In this document: positions 39,502 to 54,581 of the stretch, in pieces | Numbering within the stretch: the first letter of the stretch is position 1 | Layout: every line of letters starts with the position of its first letter | NCBI GenBank assembly: GCA_964035545.1 | Contig: OZ037767.1 | Coordinates: forward strand, 6,774,707-6,838,706 | DNA: 64,000 nt | From: Bugula neritina | Taxonomy: Eukaryota > Animalia > Bryozoa | Direction: 5' to 3' | Made by a program: the position numbers and the translations under genes | Notes under the pieces: model-generated | Seen by the model: only the letters and a program-made list of their open reading frames with translations | Database searches by the model: none | Told to the model about the DNA's origin: nothing

Positions 39502-41136
39502 TATGCCATGCCCTTGATTTTTTACATGAATAGTATTACAATATATCATTATCAATTATCTAATTATTTTACTACATTATTTTATTGACAATGCACAATT
39601 TTCCATCTCATAAAAACAATGCATGCTAACCTGATGATTTAGACCTTTTTATTTTGGGGCTACTTTTCCTATTGAGCCCTTATATGTATGTGTGTGTTTG
39701 CATTGTACTCATTTATTAATTCTATTGGAAAGAAAAACTGTTATATTTTATTTATTAATGTTGACAGCTAATTTATTCAATATTATATTTTTTGAAATAT
39801 AATATCAGATTTTTAGACATTTAAATTTTCTGTATAGCAATATTTTACGGTTATGGCTCACCTAGGTTTCTGTTGCATTTATAAAATCTCAAATGGGTCT
39901 GCATGAAAAATGCCACAATAAAGTTTTAAATATCAGTGCTAAATATTATAGTTGAATCATTCTCAACTGTATAAACCAACTAGAAACGTTGCAACCCCTA
40001 ATTTTGGTACAATTTCTAATAAACTGACTATTTTATTGTCCTTAGAGTGCCTATAAATACCACTTGCTTATAGCTATTACTACCATTTTTTGCAGGAATT
40101 GGGGTGGGAGCATTTTTTTGCATGAATAAATTGACCAATTTAAAATTCTAAATCTGAAGAAAATTCGGCATTGTTTTCTCTATGAACATTAAATGAAACT
40201 AGTAATTGCAGAAAACATGCTATTTGTGTGCAAGAAATAACAACATGCAAACTTAGAAGGAATTGTGCTGTACACCCATGCAAGTTTTCCAAACACAAGA
40301 GCTAGGCAAATGCAACAGATATATTCTTCAACAAACAAAAAACAAACATACATCCTTATTTTATGTAGAAAAGATAAGGCTAAATCATAACAGAATGAAT
40401 AGTTCAACAAATGCAAATATAGCATGCAAATTATGAATAATAGGATAAGTAAAGGTTAATGTGAAAGTGTGATAAAAGACATAAGTAGTGTATACTATAG
40501 TAGAACATTAATTAGAGTAAATAATCCTAACAGTTAAATATATTATTGAGGATTTGCTTAAAGGTCTTCTGGCATCTAGATTTTTTCTGCCATAAAAAGT
40601 TCAAAATTTGCTGAATTTGTTGGACATAAAATTATTTGCACTAAACATTCCATAATGTAAAAGGGGTTAGAGGATCTAGTGAATGCATTTTCAATTAATT
40701 TCAATAAAATGAAGAGACTTTTTTGGACATTTGCCTTCCCGCCATCACATATAGAACATATTTTTACAGGATATGTTGGGTAAAGCAATTCAAACCTCAA
40801 ATTTCTATTCAATGGAACAAAAAGCACAAGGCATCAGAAGACCTGCTACGGAATCTTGGAAACATTGCTAATAATTGCTGTTCTTAAAGAGACATGGTAA
40901 CATGTTAGAGCTGCTCTGCAGTGCTCTGCATTATGACAGTACAATAAGAAATCAAATACAATAACAACTGTCTTCATGTCAAAATATATAAATTTTAAAG
41001 ATAAGTCATACAAATAAAGTATGCAACATTGGGAAAATAATAAAGCTAAATAAACGTTGAATAAAATACCAAATATATAAGAAATACAGGTGTGTCCAAG
41101 AGTCTGTGTCTATAGTAGTTGTGATAAGCAGAGATG

Positions 41137-44100
41137 TTACTCTTCTATGTGGTCAATATCCGGCACTAACTGAGCAGCACATGAGTTTAACTCTCTTCTT
41201 CGATTTCTCCTTCCGAGAATATTTGCCAGCTCGTCATCAGAACTTGTGGGCACCTGCAGCACACATCACATTAGTCAACTACGGCTTAGTGTATGCAGCC
41301 ACTGTTGCAGTCCACATGTCACTTCCCTGCATATGTCACTATCAGAGTGCAAGTTTTAAATCTGTATCAAGTGCAGGTGTATCAGAGTTGCACTATTTCC
41401 ATCAGCCTCGTTGCAGGCTGTTCAAAACCAAACCCGTTATAATGATAATACTGCAACACCTTGACTTTATATAATCATTAATTACATGTAGGCTATAGAA
41501 TGATGCACTTAGCATCCCTAATTCTGATTGCAGTGAGATAACTTTCAACAGCGATATAAGTTACATTATGACATGAAGTAATGTTATGAGCTCTCAACTG
41601 TTGAGCTCATAGCACAGTGGTTATAAAACAAGCTGTATAAAACACTTCACTTCATTATTATTTTTATTAAAATAAAACATTTAATAAACTGATGGGTAAA
41701 ATATATAAAGTCAAAATAATTTAAAGAATCGTTACTGGCTAATGATGCATAGATCTGTAGCAAACATTTTCAGGAGTTATCATTCCACAAATTAAAGCAA
41801 ATCACTGTTGAAGTGCCATGCTTTCCTTTCTGCGTTAATAAATGGCTGTCTGGAATTTGCAGCTTTGAGTTTTGCTTTATGTGCTTTGAGATCCACAAGT
41901 TTTAATCTACTTATTTTGAATCATTTTTGAAAGAAATCTCACTGAATTGCTCCACTTAATTTTAACCTGCACTTTGGGTTCAATTATAAAATGCTTCAAA
42001 ATCTATAAAACGCCAAGTTGTTTCAGGCTGTTTTTAAGATATCCAAATTACCTAATTTTCAAAACTCACACAAGATTTTAATACATTTTCAAACAAAGAG
42101 CTAAAAACTCCTAAAAGTGCCATTAGGATATTGCTTTAGCACATTTTACCATGCTTTTGAAGCAATTGATTACAAGAGAAACTCAAAAAGCACTGGAAAA
42201 CAATATAAAACAACAATAATGTACAAAACAATCATATATATTATATCACTTACTGTATGATCAGAGCCTGTTTGAGAGCTACGCTCTATGACCTCATTAA
42301 ATGATGAATATAGACTGAGATTGTCCAAAGAATCAAACGTTTGTTCCAAGTTGGTGCTAACTGGACCATAATTGTGGTGCGCTATCTGTCAAATGGTGGC
42401 AATTACGTGGTAATGCATTGCAGTATATGATGCTCTAATAAGTAAGAGTATCAATTAAAATATGTCATCGTAACAGTACATCTTTATATAATTTGAAGTA
42501 CATGGTATTGAAAGATGACGAAAATAACACGACATGTTGGTTAGTGCAGGGGCTTCAACTCTTACAAGTACCGAGTCTATAGAAAGTCCAGCCAGCATCC
42601 GACCCTTTCTTTATTAGATAATTGTGTGCAGCCCACTTCATATTGCTAAGCAGGAGGTTTTGTAATGGGATCAAAACTCACTAATTACATGCCTTTTTCT
42701 GTATCTTTTAACTTTATATTTATTTTTATATGAGACAAGAATTGGTAACACTAAACAAGAAAGCTAACTATAAGTAAAGCTTGAATTAAATAATCATGTA
42801 TGCATAATTTATATGTCAACTTGTTGAATCAATAAACCACACTGACATTCCTTTATAGGGCCAATTGCATATAAGCAATAAACTGTGTAAAGACCTAATA
42901 CAAGATATGTTTACTGAATATTGTGTTAGAGTACATACTGCAGGCCCATGATGCTGTGTGTGGAAAGGGTTAGACAACTCCTGTCCAGACAACTCCAAAT
43001 CAAATAAATTGGATACATGATCAGCACTGAGAGGCTCTACAAAATGCCAGCAAAACTAGAACGTGTCTAAATATGTCAAATTGATATTCTTTTGATTATT
43101 GCTAACAGATAAACTGAGCTTTTTATTGTAATATGACTACAACATGGCTGCTATTTCTACAAACCTGTATGCAGGTCACAAGTGGACGATTCCAAAACAG
43201 CTGAACTTGTTTCATCCAAATTCAACTGCAAGTAAATTACAGGCAATAATTGAGTTAAATCAAATATACATATACACATACACATACATATACACATACA
43301 CATACCTATACAAATACATATACAAATACATATACAAATACATATACAAATACACATTATATATACAGACATATATATTACTGTAGGAAAAACATGTAGC
43401 TAGCTAATGGCTTTTACATAGAAAAATTCATTTAATCCATACTACACTGGACTGTAAGTTAGAGAGAAAGGATTAATCTGTATTTGCGTGTGAAAACAGC
43501 TACTTCGAGAAGCAGTTAAACCCAGTCAACAGAACACTTATTAAACAAAGCTCCAGAACACTTACTGAATATTGCTATTAACTAGTATTCTTAGTATTGC
43601 AGTCATCATTTGGATTCATAATATATTACAAGGAACTACCTCTCCAATAGAACTCTCTCTTGTTTCAAAGGAGGTGTTTTGAGTTGCATTAGAAGAGGGA
43701 AAATCTTGAGAGAACCCAAAGTGTGACTGAGGAGAGAGTTCGGACATGTTGGATAATGATGGTCCACAGGATGTGAGATCAGCAGACAGCAACGGGGACA
43801 GCGAAGGAGAGTTTCCAACAGACAGCAAAAATTCTACAAGTTCAACAGCCATTTCTTGGCATTTTACAATCAATTTAATGCGTGAATGTTTTACACTATT
43901 TGGTAAATTAACTATTTTCCAAAAAAAAATCATTAGAATTAGGCTTCCAAATTACTTTAACATATTTATCACTTCAGTTTAAAATAATGAACAGATCATA
44001 AAAAGTTTAAACTTGAGGTTTTCTTCAAAGTTGCTTAGAAAATACACAATGGTTAAAATAAAAAGTTAAAACAATCAATTTGACATGCTAGCTACAAACA

Positions 44101-46373
44101 TTAGCCTATAAGAGACGACTACCTAACGTCATGGAGTCAAAGTCTGTGGACTGAGAGAGTAAATCAGAAGTAGTACTCCCGTTCAAGAGAGCGGTATCTG
44201 CTTCCCCCACACTGCAGTCAACACCAGCATCTCCTAACTTCTGTAAACTTCCAAAAGAGTCGTCTAGAAATGAAACGCTCAACGACAGATCCTCGCCTTC
44301 CAACTCATCCTATTTATCAAAAAAACAACACATGTATTTGGAGAGATTGAAGACCAGTGCAGATAGAGTGAAGTCTGCTACAAGTCTTAAAGTCTTAAAG
44401 TCTGCTACAATGATAAATATAAGCTGTCATCTCATCTACAAGCTAATAGTTACAAGAACTTTGAATTGCATTCACTGACCAAAAAAAGGAAATTCATGTC
44501 CCCTTTAGGTTGTTTATCAGTTGGCTACAAAGTAAAAAGGTGTTTAGTGAGCGTGTAGCTTATTCAATTATCTAAATGCAAGATGGCAGTAAACAGACAA
44601 CAATTTATTATTCAGGTATAAATAGAAAAAGCCCCGACATCCATAGCAACTTCACTAGTTTAGTATGCTTATGAAAAAATTTAAAACATATTCGTTTTTG
44701 AAAGTGCCTCACTGAGAAAAAGAAACTCGAAAATTAATGTTAAATGGTGATGTTATTCAAAAAAATTTATGTCTGTTCTTTCATCTATAAATTTAAGAGA
44801 ATAATTTCAAAAGCCATAAGAGAGTAAATTTATAAGACTGTATATATTTTTTTACAGAACTGAATAAGATGAAGTTATTTTAACTTTCTCTTAACTAAAA
44901 TGCAATGTCCATGCTACCATTATCTGATATCATGCCATATATCTTTATAAGCAGTTTAGTACACTAATTTCACACTTCTTTTGTTATAAGTAACATAGTT
45001 AATATTATAAATTTGTGACTTAGCTGCCACAAACTTCATATATAATATTAATTTACCCTTTGAAATTAATGCATTATCTTTAAATGTTTGTTACTTACGA
45101 TCATTTCGTTGCATTCGCGTGCTTCTGGTTCAACTGGAGGAGCAGAATGGGAAAGTTTTATACGCTTCCTTGACCGCTTTCGGTGCCCCGTCTTAGTACT
45201 ATCTTCATCTGAAGAATTGCTAAACGATGACTCATGGCAAGCCAAGTCGATGTGTGTGTCGGGAACCTAAAATATTTTTACAAAATTTTCTGCTCAGGAG
45301 TTGGAGATAATAGCAAATCAGCACTTAACTCAATAAGATTATAGCTCTAAATAAAACTTTACATGAAGGTCTTATTAAATAACATGTAACTATTAAAAAA
45401 TATCTATGGGCTAATGATTAAAAGCAGTTTAATGATAATTTATTAATTTAAAACCACTTTTTCAAAAATTTTGATTCTTAAATGGGTCTATCACTAAAAC
45501 CAGTTTTGTAGGAATGTTTTTGGAAATTTCAACTCAAATGTAGCCTGAGTTATCTTTTCAATTTATGAAATCGGATAACAGCTAGCTCTATAACTTTCAA
45601 TTACAAAAAGAGTATCATGACACTAAAACCAATGCATCAAATCAGCACAAATCATTTGAAAATGTGAAAATCATGAATAGTGAACTTCTTATATAACCTA
45701 TAGTATTCTAAAGCAGCATTTTCACATCCCAAGTTTTTTTTATCAATAACTGAGCATGCCAAATTGTCTAATTCAAGTACTGAAAATACGAATAATTTGC
45801 TTTAAGAAATAACAAAACTGTAACACAAAAACCTGAATGCCAACAGCTAAAAGGCTATCGGGGTTTATCTAGATATATTTATTTGAGCACAATTGTTGCA
45901 AGTGCAATAGATGCATTTAACCTGCTAGAAAATTAAACGACATGTACTATGTATTTCAAATCATTTGAAAATGTGAAAATCATGAATAGTGAACTTCTTA
46001 TATAACCTATAGTATTCTAAAGCAGCATTTTCACATCCCAAGTTTTTTTTATCAATAACTGAGCATGCCAAATTGTCTAGCTCAAGTACTGAAAATACGA
46101 ATAATTTGCTTTGTGTACAAAATATTTTTGACGAACTATGAAAATCACTACACAACAAGTTAAATAAAACTTACTAATGCATATTGGTGTTCAACCTACC
46201 TCAACACCATCATAGTTGTTGACAAGCTCATCCACATTCAAGATAGGCTCATCTGGAACAGTGAAACCGTTTCTATCAAGTCCGGTAAATCTTTTTGGCT
46301 CAGTGTGGTTCTGAAAATGTTGAAGTGATACACTATACGTTGAAGAAACCGTGCCATCCGTATGAGGGTTCAT
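41137..46373 (-). CDS. Uncharacterised acidic/Ser-rich protein, 8 coding exons, 376 aa
   Basis: Exons 46373-46200, 45266-45099, 44309-44123, 43833-43640, 43225-43165, 43036-42939, 42385-42254 and 41253-41137 all have GT-AG ends and compatible phases (1131 nt). Contains NLS-like HRKRSRKRIK. No family recognised. Confidence 0.7.
43265..43379. repeat. (CATATA/CAAATA)n simple repeat
   Basis: Visible tandem array. Confidence 0.85.
45648..46112. repeat. ~156-bp direct duplication (45648-45803 and 45957-46112) in an intron
   Basis: The two copies differ at about 2 positions; offset 309 bp. Confidence 0.9.
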
Positions 46374-47599
46374 CCTCTCACTGCAAATATGACATGAACA
46401 AGAGCGATCAGGGTACACAAAATAGGTTTATTAAGCTATGTGTTTCATAATGCGATTAATATATAAATAGTGAAAATATTGACAAACATTTTACTCAATG
46501 CTGTAATGAAAACTAAGTTTTTAAGCAATTGCTAAATTAGACTTGTTTTCAATAGCTAAGCTTTATACGTTTACTGTAGCCCAAACCTAGTAATACTCTT
46601 ATTATATCATTGGCAATTGTAAATAATTAACAATTTTCAACTCTTCTCTTTAGCTTTACCTTTAGTTGATTAAAACCAGTTTGTCTTATATGGTAAAATC
46701 TCTAAGCTAAGCACATGTGATCTTTAACTGGGTTGATGACTAACTTATCATAACTTCACATTTGAGATTTACTAACCATTATATGCACCTACATTTTAGT
46801 TCTCAAACATAAATAATGCTCAAATTGAATATTAACTTCACTATAATATGCATTTTGTTTACAATTTACAATTATTGAATTAAAGTCTACTAAATGTTAA
46901 AATACTGTTATGTGTAACTTTGGCGTGCGCAACTCTAGACATTATTGAAATCATTATGTCATACATGCAGTAATTATCAGTACATACAATAACAGCCCAC
47001 TTAGTGGTGCATAAAACTACAACACCAGTAAAAAGAGCCTATAAATGTTAAATGTTTTTGTTAATAATATTGTGATTATCATGATGATTATGATCATCAA
47101 TATTATTATGATTAATATTATGAATATCAGTTACTACTATTAGTACTAGTACTACGTCTAGGCTACTGCTTACTTTTTAGTAATAGTACTACTAAAGTAC
47201 TACTACTAGTACTAGTAGTAGTATTAGTAGTACTTCTAGTTCTATTCTAACTAGGTTAAGAGAATAATTAAAGGCTTAATTAGTTGAAGTTATATTTTTA
47301 TGTGAATAATTTAATTTTTATACGCAATACTAGGATCTTATAACTATAATTATAGTATGAAAGCACAAATGAAAATTCTATTTCAATTTAATATTTAATA
47401 CTGTTAATACTAATACTTAATAGCTAGTTTTGCCTCTGCTTTTACTTTTAGCCAAGCTTTTAAGTTATGATTGGGCAAATTGAAATTTCAATGAATTGTA
47501 AAAATTGAATTTTATTTAAATCATCAACTGTAATTAAAGTTTATTACTAATGTCATATAAATACAAAAAAATCAATAGATTTAATAATTTATTATACAA

Positions 47600-47815
47600 T
47601 TCTACAAAATCGTAGATCTAAATCCAAATTTGAAAATAACTGTACGGGTCTGCTGGTTAAAATCGCCTTTTGAGCGCGACGTAAAAATATCAGAATATGA
47701 CCAACAATTACCGAATTGTTGGTTTGTTTTACGCTGCTGACCACGTGTCCGCGTCAATAAGAAGACAACTTGTACATTAAACTTTGGCCACACCCTTACG
47801 CACGTAATCATTGCA
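47600..47815 (-). promoter_or_regulatory. Probable promoter/first exon of the 41137-46373 gene
   Basis: Isolated CpG-rich patch upstream of the CDS on the minus strand. Confidence 0.35.
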
Positions 47816-49599
47816 ATGCTGGCATATAATTAAAATATTTATAATGTACACTGTTGCATTATTTTGCTGCACATGAGTGAGCAGCTAATTTTTACTCCAC
47901 ATCTTTATACATTTAAAGCTGTTCTTACACTACACAAACTCTAAATTGATATACACAGGGTACTAAATGTGCATAACTAAAGCTGAATCGATCAAGGCAA
48001 GTCAATCGACATACATGTAGAAATTTATCTTTTGCATGAAATTTATTGTATTTTTGAAACAAAATTATTTTAATTACTAACCTTTTAAAAATTATGCAGG
48101 CCATAATTTAAAAGTTTTACATTCTTTTCTAACAATTTTAGTTATAATTTAAGCATATTTCTAGATCAGCTTTGTGCAAAAGGCTGTTACCTTATGCAAT
48201 AACTTTTTGAGTAACTGTAATTGAACAATTAATGCCATCAGCAAAAGCTCTAAATTATTATGTTTATGCATTTTCATTATGTATGGGTACTTTAATGCAA
48301 GGATTTACTTGCATATATTTTACATTTTGGCTTTTAATTTTACTGTGTGGTATAAAAATAGTCTTCTATGAGTATAATGCACAACATACACATTCAACAA
48401 TTTCATTAATTTACGATATGATGCATACTATTGAAATTTGTGTGGTCTGCAATAAAATATCACAATATTGATTGAACAGGTTTTAAACACAATAACCTAT
48501 TTCTTAATATAAGTATTGCCACCACAATGAAATAATAGCGTTAATAAACTATATTATATTATGCTAAACTATGATTTTAAGTTGTACAATCTAAGGTTAA
48601 ACTGGATCTTACATTGAGATTTTTAATATATTATGTAATTATAAATATGCTACAAAAATGCTTTAGTTGTTTCTTAATTCACATGTATACTTTAACTACC
48701 TGCTTTTAGTCAAGAATTAATAAGCAAAATTGATCATTGAAAATGAAGGTCGAGAAGACAATTACCATTATTACAGCATAAACATGTATATTTTTCATAT
48801 CAAAACTGTTATAATTGAACTTTCCAAAATTAATACCAATTGTGAGACAAGGATAAAGGCAAGAGTAAAACAAACATCATATATTAAAATTTTAGTTTCA
48901 ATGAGTCAAAATTGTTTGACCTGGTGTTGTGTCCACTGCAGATCTAATCATTTTTATAAATACACAAGGATCAAGTTAAAACTAAAAGTTCAAGTAAAAC
49001 AAAAAGTTGCCACTAAGGGGATACAAAATAAAAACATGCTTTGAAAAAGAATTTTGTTATAAAATACTATTATCCAAGCTTTTAAATCATATTGCCAACA
49101 GCAAAATTTATGGTTTAGACATGAAAGCTCTTTTAACCCATGGTTCTCAAAACTATATTACAATAATTATGTAAAAATGTATGTGTTATTACTAGCAAAG
49201 TAATAATTTGTGTTGAGCTCTAGCAAGATTAGTGCCACACTAAGAACCAGCTATGTAATATCCTTACCATTAATAAGCATTGTACTGATTTACAGTTTAA
49301 GCTCAGTAAATAACAATTGATCAGATATTATAAATTTTCAAATTTCTATGTAACAAGTATTGTATGACATTGCAACTTATATTTTTTAATTTAATTCGGT
49401 TTTGTTGGTAAAAATTTAGGCCTTGGAATAATAATCAGGTCTAAACTTCACAAACAATACAATATAGACAAAAAAGAGAACATTTGTTAACCATCTAATT
49501 ACAGTTGTTTAAACAAGTTTTAATATACTACAACCTTAAATTATAGTGAAACTTGCTCACAACCCCTGTGATTGAGTAAGACATCTATTTATTATTGAA

Positions 49600-52299
49600 C
49601 TAACGGCCCTGAGATTTATATATTTTCATTATGTGGGCAGTCTCTGATAGAGCCATATTAATGCACATAGAATTGTTCAAGCCAAAATCAGTTAGTAGAT
49701 AACCTTGCGAGTTACCATATGGACGGAATCGAAAATCTTTTATTTTATAAGCAGGTAAAGACTCTTTAATGCATAATTTTTCCCAAGAAGTTCGTAGCTT
49801 CTTTAATCTTAAGACCTCACCAGCAAGGTAATCTTTTTTCCTAGCAATAATGGCTTCCAGTTTATTTTTGAAGTAACAATATAATGAAACGTCAGCGCTT
49901 AGAAACTTGTAGACAGTAGCTCTATTTTTTTCGTTGTCTTCAGGTAAAAGAGTTTCATTTTTCGTAGAAGATGTCATGTCGCGTTGACGATTTGACTGAA
50001 AGTAAAGAATATCTAAATCTTTCCACCCTAACATATCTCTTAGCAATATCAGGCATTCATCAAAATATTCAACAATAATTACGAAATGGAATTGTTTTTC
50101 AAGGCTATTAATTAGCTCCTCTATGACTTCGTGATTATTGCTGTTTGCTAAGCTAAGACCTAAATCATATGCTTGAGGATTTTTAAAAATAGTATTGCAA
50201 ATACGATGTCCAGCATTGATCAATTCTAAGAGAGAATGATTCCGATTATCTTGGCTATGCTTGCAGTTTTGCAGATGATAATATCGATACACTGAAGCAA
50301 GCTGTTTAAATGGATCCCTTAGAGAAGTCAGGTAAAAGCTGTCTGCCGGCATAGTCTTTACCAGATCATCAGAAAAAACAGTATGCAAACAAAACACATC
50401 TGGGACTTTTTTGCCTAAATGAGGATACAAATTTTGCCGGAATTTGTTGGGCCAACCAAAATTGACCAAATTCTTTCCAGGAGGAAAAGCAAATGACAAG
50501 TTTCTCTTAACTCCTGCTCTCATAATGATGTTCTGTATAGTGCAACTAGCAGTCTTATGCACTTTTAGATAGACGATGTGGTTACTATTGAAAGCTCTAT
50601 GATTGAAATACGTTGAGGCTTTATGTTTTATGAATTCCCCATCTGCTATTTGTGATAATGCTTTAAGGTGACATTTTTCCTCTACATTAAAATAGTGAAG
50701 TTTTAAATCTGCTGCAGAGTTATAACCTAAAAGTATAAAAAATATTTCTACCTACTTTTATTATAATAGGACTAGGACTACCATTGTAACTGTCATGAGC
50801 AAGGCAAACATACAATAAAAACTAAAGCTTAGGATTTGGTGTCGAATTAATAAAATGTATTATCCAGCTTGCAAAAAAGATGAAAAGGTTTCTGGAAATT
50901 GGTAATTTGCACTAAAAATATTTGGCTGCAAGTGGTATTTTCAAAGTAAAATTACTTGGTGTTAGACAATTTTAGTTTTATTTTAATGAACCAGAATCAT
51001 AATTTATTATTGAAACAATGATTAGACAAAAATATAAGCTCCTTACCAACAAACAAGTAGACAAGAACTGAACTCAGAGCCAAAATCAGCAATGCTAGAA
51101 CTTTTGCTTGTTGTCTGCTCAGAATGTTTAATCTGAAAAAAAATTATGGCAACAGAAGTGGTTAAAACTCAAGCAAGTTGAACGCTGAAATCTCTAACTG
51201 TTTTAAACTATATAAGTTCAGCCAACATCTGCAATAATTTATAGCTAAAGGTGTCAACAAGCTAAGATTTCAAAAACGTCTATCTTTTTTTAATTTCAAT
51301 ACAGCTCTCAACTACAAGCTAATGAATCTTACTATGAAACACAACTTTATATATTAATGGCAGAGCTTTTCGAATTAAAATTTCTTAAAACAATATGTTA
51401 TTATAGGCTATATAAATTAATTTGACCAAGACTAAGGTGGCAGTGGTAGAACTGGAGTATTTATAGAACTGCTGATAAGCTGGAAGACAAGAAAACTTAT
51501 GAGTTATGACAAAATTATATTCTGCACTACACCCAATAGCAAAAGCAGAAAGGCTGGCTGCATGTATGTTAGAAGGAAAGAAGACAGCAGAGGAAAGATT
51601 TCAATTGAAAAATGTGAATAATTAAACTTGTCAGATAACATCAAGAAAAGACCGTAGAAGAGAACACAACATTCAAAAGATTTCTTGAAGGCAAAACCAC
51701 GTAGCAGTTAGCAGTAAACATTGATAAAGTAATTGAAAAAACTAATGAAGGAAAAGAAAAGGCTCTACATGATCAGTACACCAGGAGCTAGTATGAATGG
51801 TTGAAAAGGCAAACAGAAATACTGTTGTTGGCTGCTTAAGATTAGGCACTTCCTACTAGGAATAAACAAGGCAGAAAGAAGTGTTGGACATGAAATGAAA
51901 GGCATGAAACTGTGATGCATAGCCTACACCCAGTAAATGTGAGAAGCAAACACCGAGCAAATTTTAGTAGAGAAATGAATATTTGGCTTTTTTAATTCAC
52001 TGAGAAGTGTCTGAAATCCATAGATTTCAGAAGAGCACGAATTGGTTCAACCACAGAGTAGAATTAGTAACCGAGAATGAAAACATAATTTTTTGGTTAT
52101 TTCAAAATGTACACTAACAGAGTCATCAAAGCTAGAAGAAAGGCCTAATATCATTGTAATTGACAAGCACACTGCAAAAAATAATGATCAATAATATAGC
52201 GGTCTTTGGCGAAAATAATAGAGTCAGAGAAGATAGGAAAATACCAAAAGATGACATTACAACTCACCCATCTTTGGGGAAATTCTTAGTAATCTCCAT
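49600..52299 (-). CDS. GAL3ST: Galactose-3-O-sulfotransferase family protein; exons 52299-52268, 51132-51047, 50726-49600; 414 aa
   Basis: Type II transmembrane anchor VLALLILALSSVLVYLFV; 5'-PSB motif IVYLKVHKTASCTIQNI; 3'-PB motif LTSLRDP...SVYRYY; NPQAYDLG; FVIIVEYFDECLILL. Exon phases are compatible. Confidence 0.9.
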
Positions 52300-53699
52300 A
52301 GTAATGAGAGCCCTTGAGCTACACACAAGATAATAGATTTGATAATACAACATGGATTAGCTGAGACGAATACCAATAGATTCAACAGCTAGGCCTACTA
52401 GGATCAGCCGACAGTTTAAAAAAGTCTCATTCATTCTTATGTAGTAGAACTAGGTTTATGGTGAGAAATTTTACAAACATAAACTGCGATACATGATACA
52501 ACCAATAATAATATGATATAGAGCATATAGATAATAATTGATTTCACCAATGGGAAACATTGTCTATAGAAACAAATAAGCCTCCCTTTATGATCCTATA
52601 ACAATAATAATGAGGATGATAATAATATAAATATTGAAATAGGCGTGATTATGCTATATCACATTGTTGAATATTAAATAATTATTTATCATATAATACA
52701 GAGAAAGCACAACTGTAAATTAGAGTAATTTTGCTTTGATAATGTGTAGATACTACAGGTTGAGATAAGAAATGGAGCTAGCATGGGAAAGCAAGCTAGA
52801 GCATACTGATGCTGATATGTCAACCCCATCTCCTAACTGTATGCAAAGCTACAATGAATAACAAACATGGTGAGTTGATCACAATCAGTCATGCAGCAGC
52901 ACAGTGATATTAAATGCATATAGTTATGTCATATGAAACTCATAGTTATGCAGTTGCATAATGATAATCATATAGTGAATGTGATATATACACGAGCACT
53001 ACGAGTTTTACTTTTAGCTTATGAATCAGAATATTATTGTTATAATACGCAACATTTATATAGTTATACTATATTTGATTGTGGTTTTTAAACTTCCTAT
53101 ATTATTATTATATAGCAATGTACTAATAGTAAGTATATTTAGTATAAGAATCATATTTCATCACAATTTGAATTTTTAAAAAATAAGGATAATATTCATA
53201 TTAACAACTTATTACAATAATTATTATAATTAGAACTCTAGTCTTGAAAGTAAAAGTATAATTTAAATCAATAAATGATAAGTATAAGATTAACCTTAAG
53301 TACAACAATAGACTTAAATTGTTTTACTTTTTGAGTTATTAGGAGCTAACAGTAACAGTTCGAGTTTCATTTTTATACAATTATAATAACAATTAATATT
53401 AATAGTATATTCAACATCAATATCATATATTGATAATCATAATGATTATTTAATATCAAAATTAATATTATATTGATACTGTGAGGGTGTCACCATTAGT
53501 ATAAGCTGCTAACCACCCTAATGATTTTCTGTTTTCATAAGGATAATCATATTATTAATATTATGAACAATGCTCAAGCAAGTAAAACTGTGTTTTTCCA
53601 AATTCGAGGTAAGGTATCACATTTGACTTCAAGAGATGCCTGATAGTGATACTTGAACATTTATTTCTAAACAGTAAATTTAATTCAGTGATTGTAAAA

Positions 53700-53810
53700 C
53701 TTAAAGTAAATGACTAAAAGTAAAAGTAAAACTAAAAGTAAATGACTAGAACTAAAGCCCTACCGATAACTAAAACTGAAAGTAAAAGTAAAACTAAAAG
53801 TAAAAGTAAA
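53700..53810. repeat. (AAAAGT/AAAACT)n simple repeat
   Basis: Visible tandem array. Confidence 0.7.
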
Positions 53811-54035
53811 TCTCTATATTCATATTCACTTATTGCAAGCTAGTTTCTAAGTTAGAGTTAAGAGATCTGAATTCAAGCATTCTCATAATGAAATTATGTT
53901 AATGATCCAGTAAAATGTAAAAGAAATTAAGCAAAAAACCCATAAAGTCAAAATAGCATATTTAATTTTATGTTTAATAATAATCAGAAGTAACAAGTCA
54001 GAGTTATAACAGCATGGCTTTGTCCGCTGCTACTT

Positions 54036-54581
54036 TATCTTGATCTTGATTGGGTTAATTAAGTCACAAGACCTCTCGGAGAGAGTAATTATGGGACCCT
54101 CGGATCTATCCAGGCTCAGAAATCCGCTACTATCTCCCCCGTACGGAGCTCCCGGACAGTGCGCAACAGGAAACCCTGCAGGTACAAGCTCGAATCGCAG
54201 GCTATAGCATTGTAGGTGTTAATACGGGTATTAATGTTATGGGTTGAGGATTTCATAGATTTAAGTGTGTTATTTATGGTTGGAAATAAATCATCATTAG
54301 CAGTAATACGACACAACAATCATCATGACTGTCTGCGCTTTCTTAATGTTTCTAGGCCTAGGCCGATACTTCTCTACCTTTTAAATTTTTAATGAACCGT
54401 ACAACCCTATTTTGAGTAACTTCTAATTTTGTTATTAGATGTTTATTGCATGGGTCCCATACTTCAGCAGCATATTCCAGGAGAAGTCTAAAAGAGTTTT
54501 ATATGCAAGAATTTTAACATTTTCTGGGGCATTTCCTAGTGTGAGCCAGAATAAACCTAATACTCTGTATGCCTTTGATAT
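54036..54581 (-). mobile_element. 3' part of a decayed LINE (ORF2 C-terminus, 3' UTR and tail), split by element 2
   Basis: Continues KHVENLI|SKAYRVLG...LAYKTL, then (frameshifted) LEYAAEVWDP and ...GFLLRTVREL; stop at 54116; short (ATCAAG)n tail. Confidence 0.8.

Noticed and set aside
39502-39925. SECIS element in the SBP2 3' UTR
   Set aside because: No convincing SECIS stem seen by eye, and no in-frame UGA noticed in the exons read.
47130-47240. Palindromic TAC/TAG stretch
   Set aside because: Explained by abutting complementary simple repeats.
51430-52000. Purine-rich intronic stretch, possibly an old transposon relic
   Set aside because: No recognisable motif or termini.
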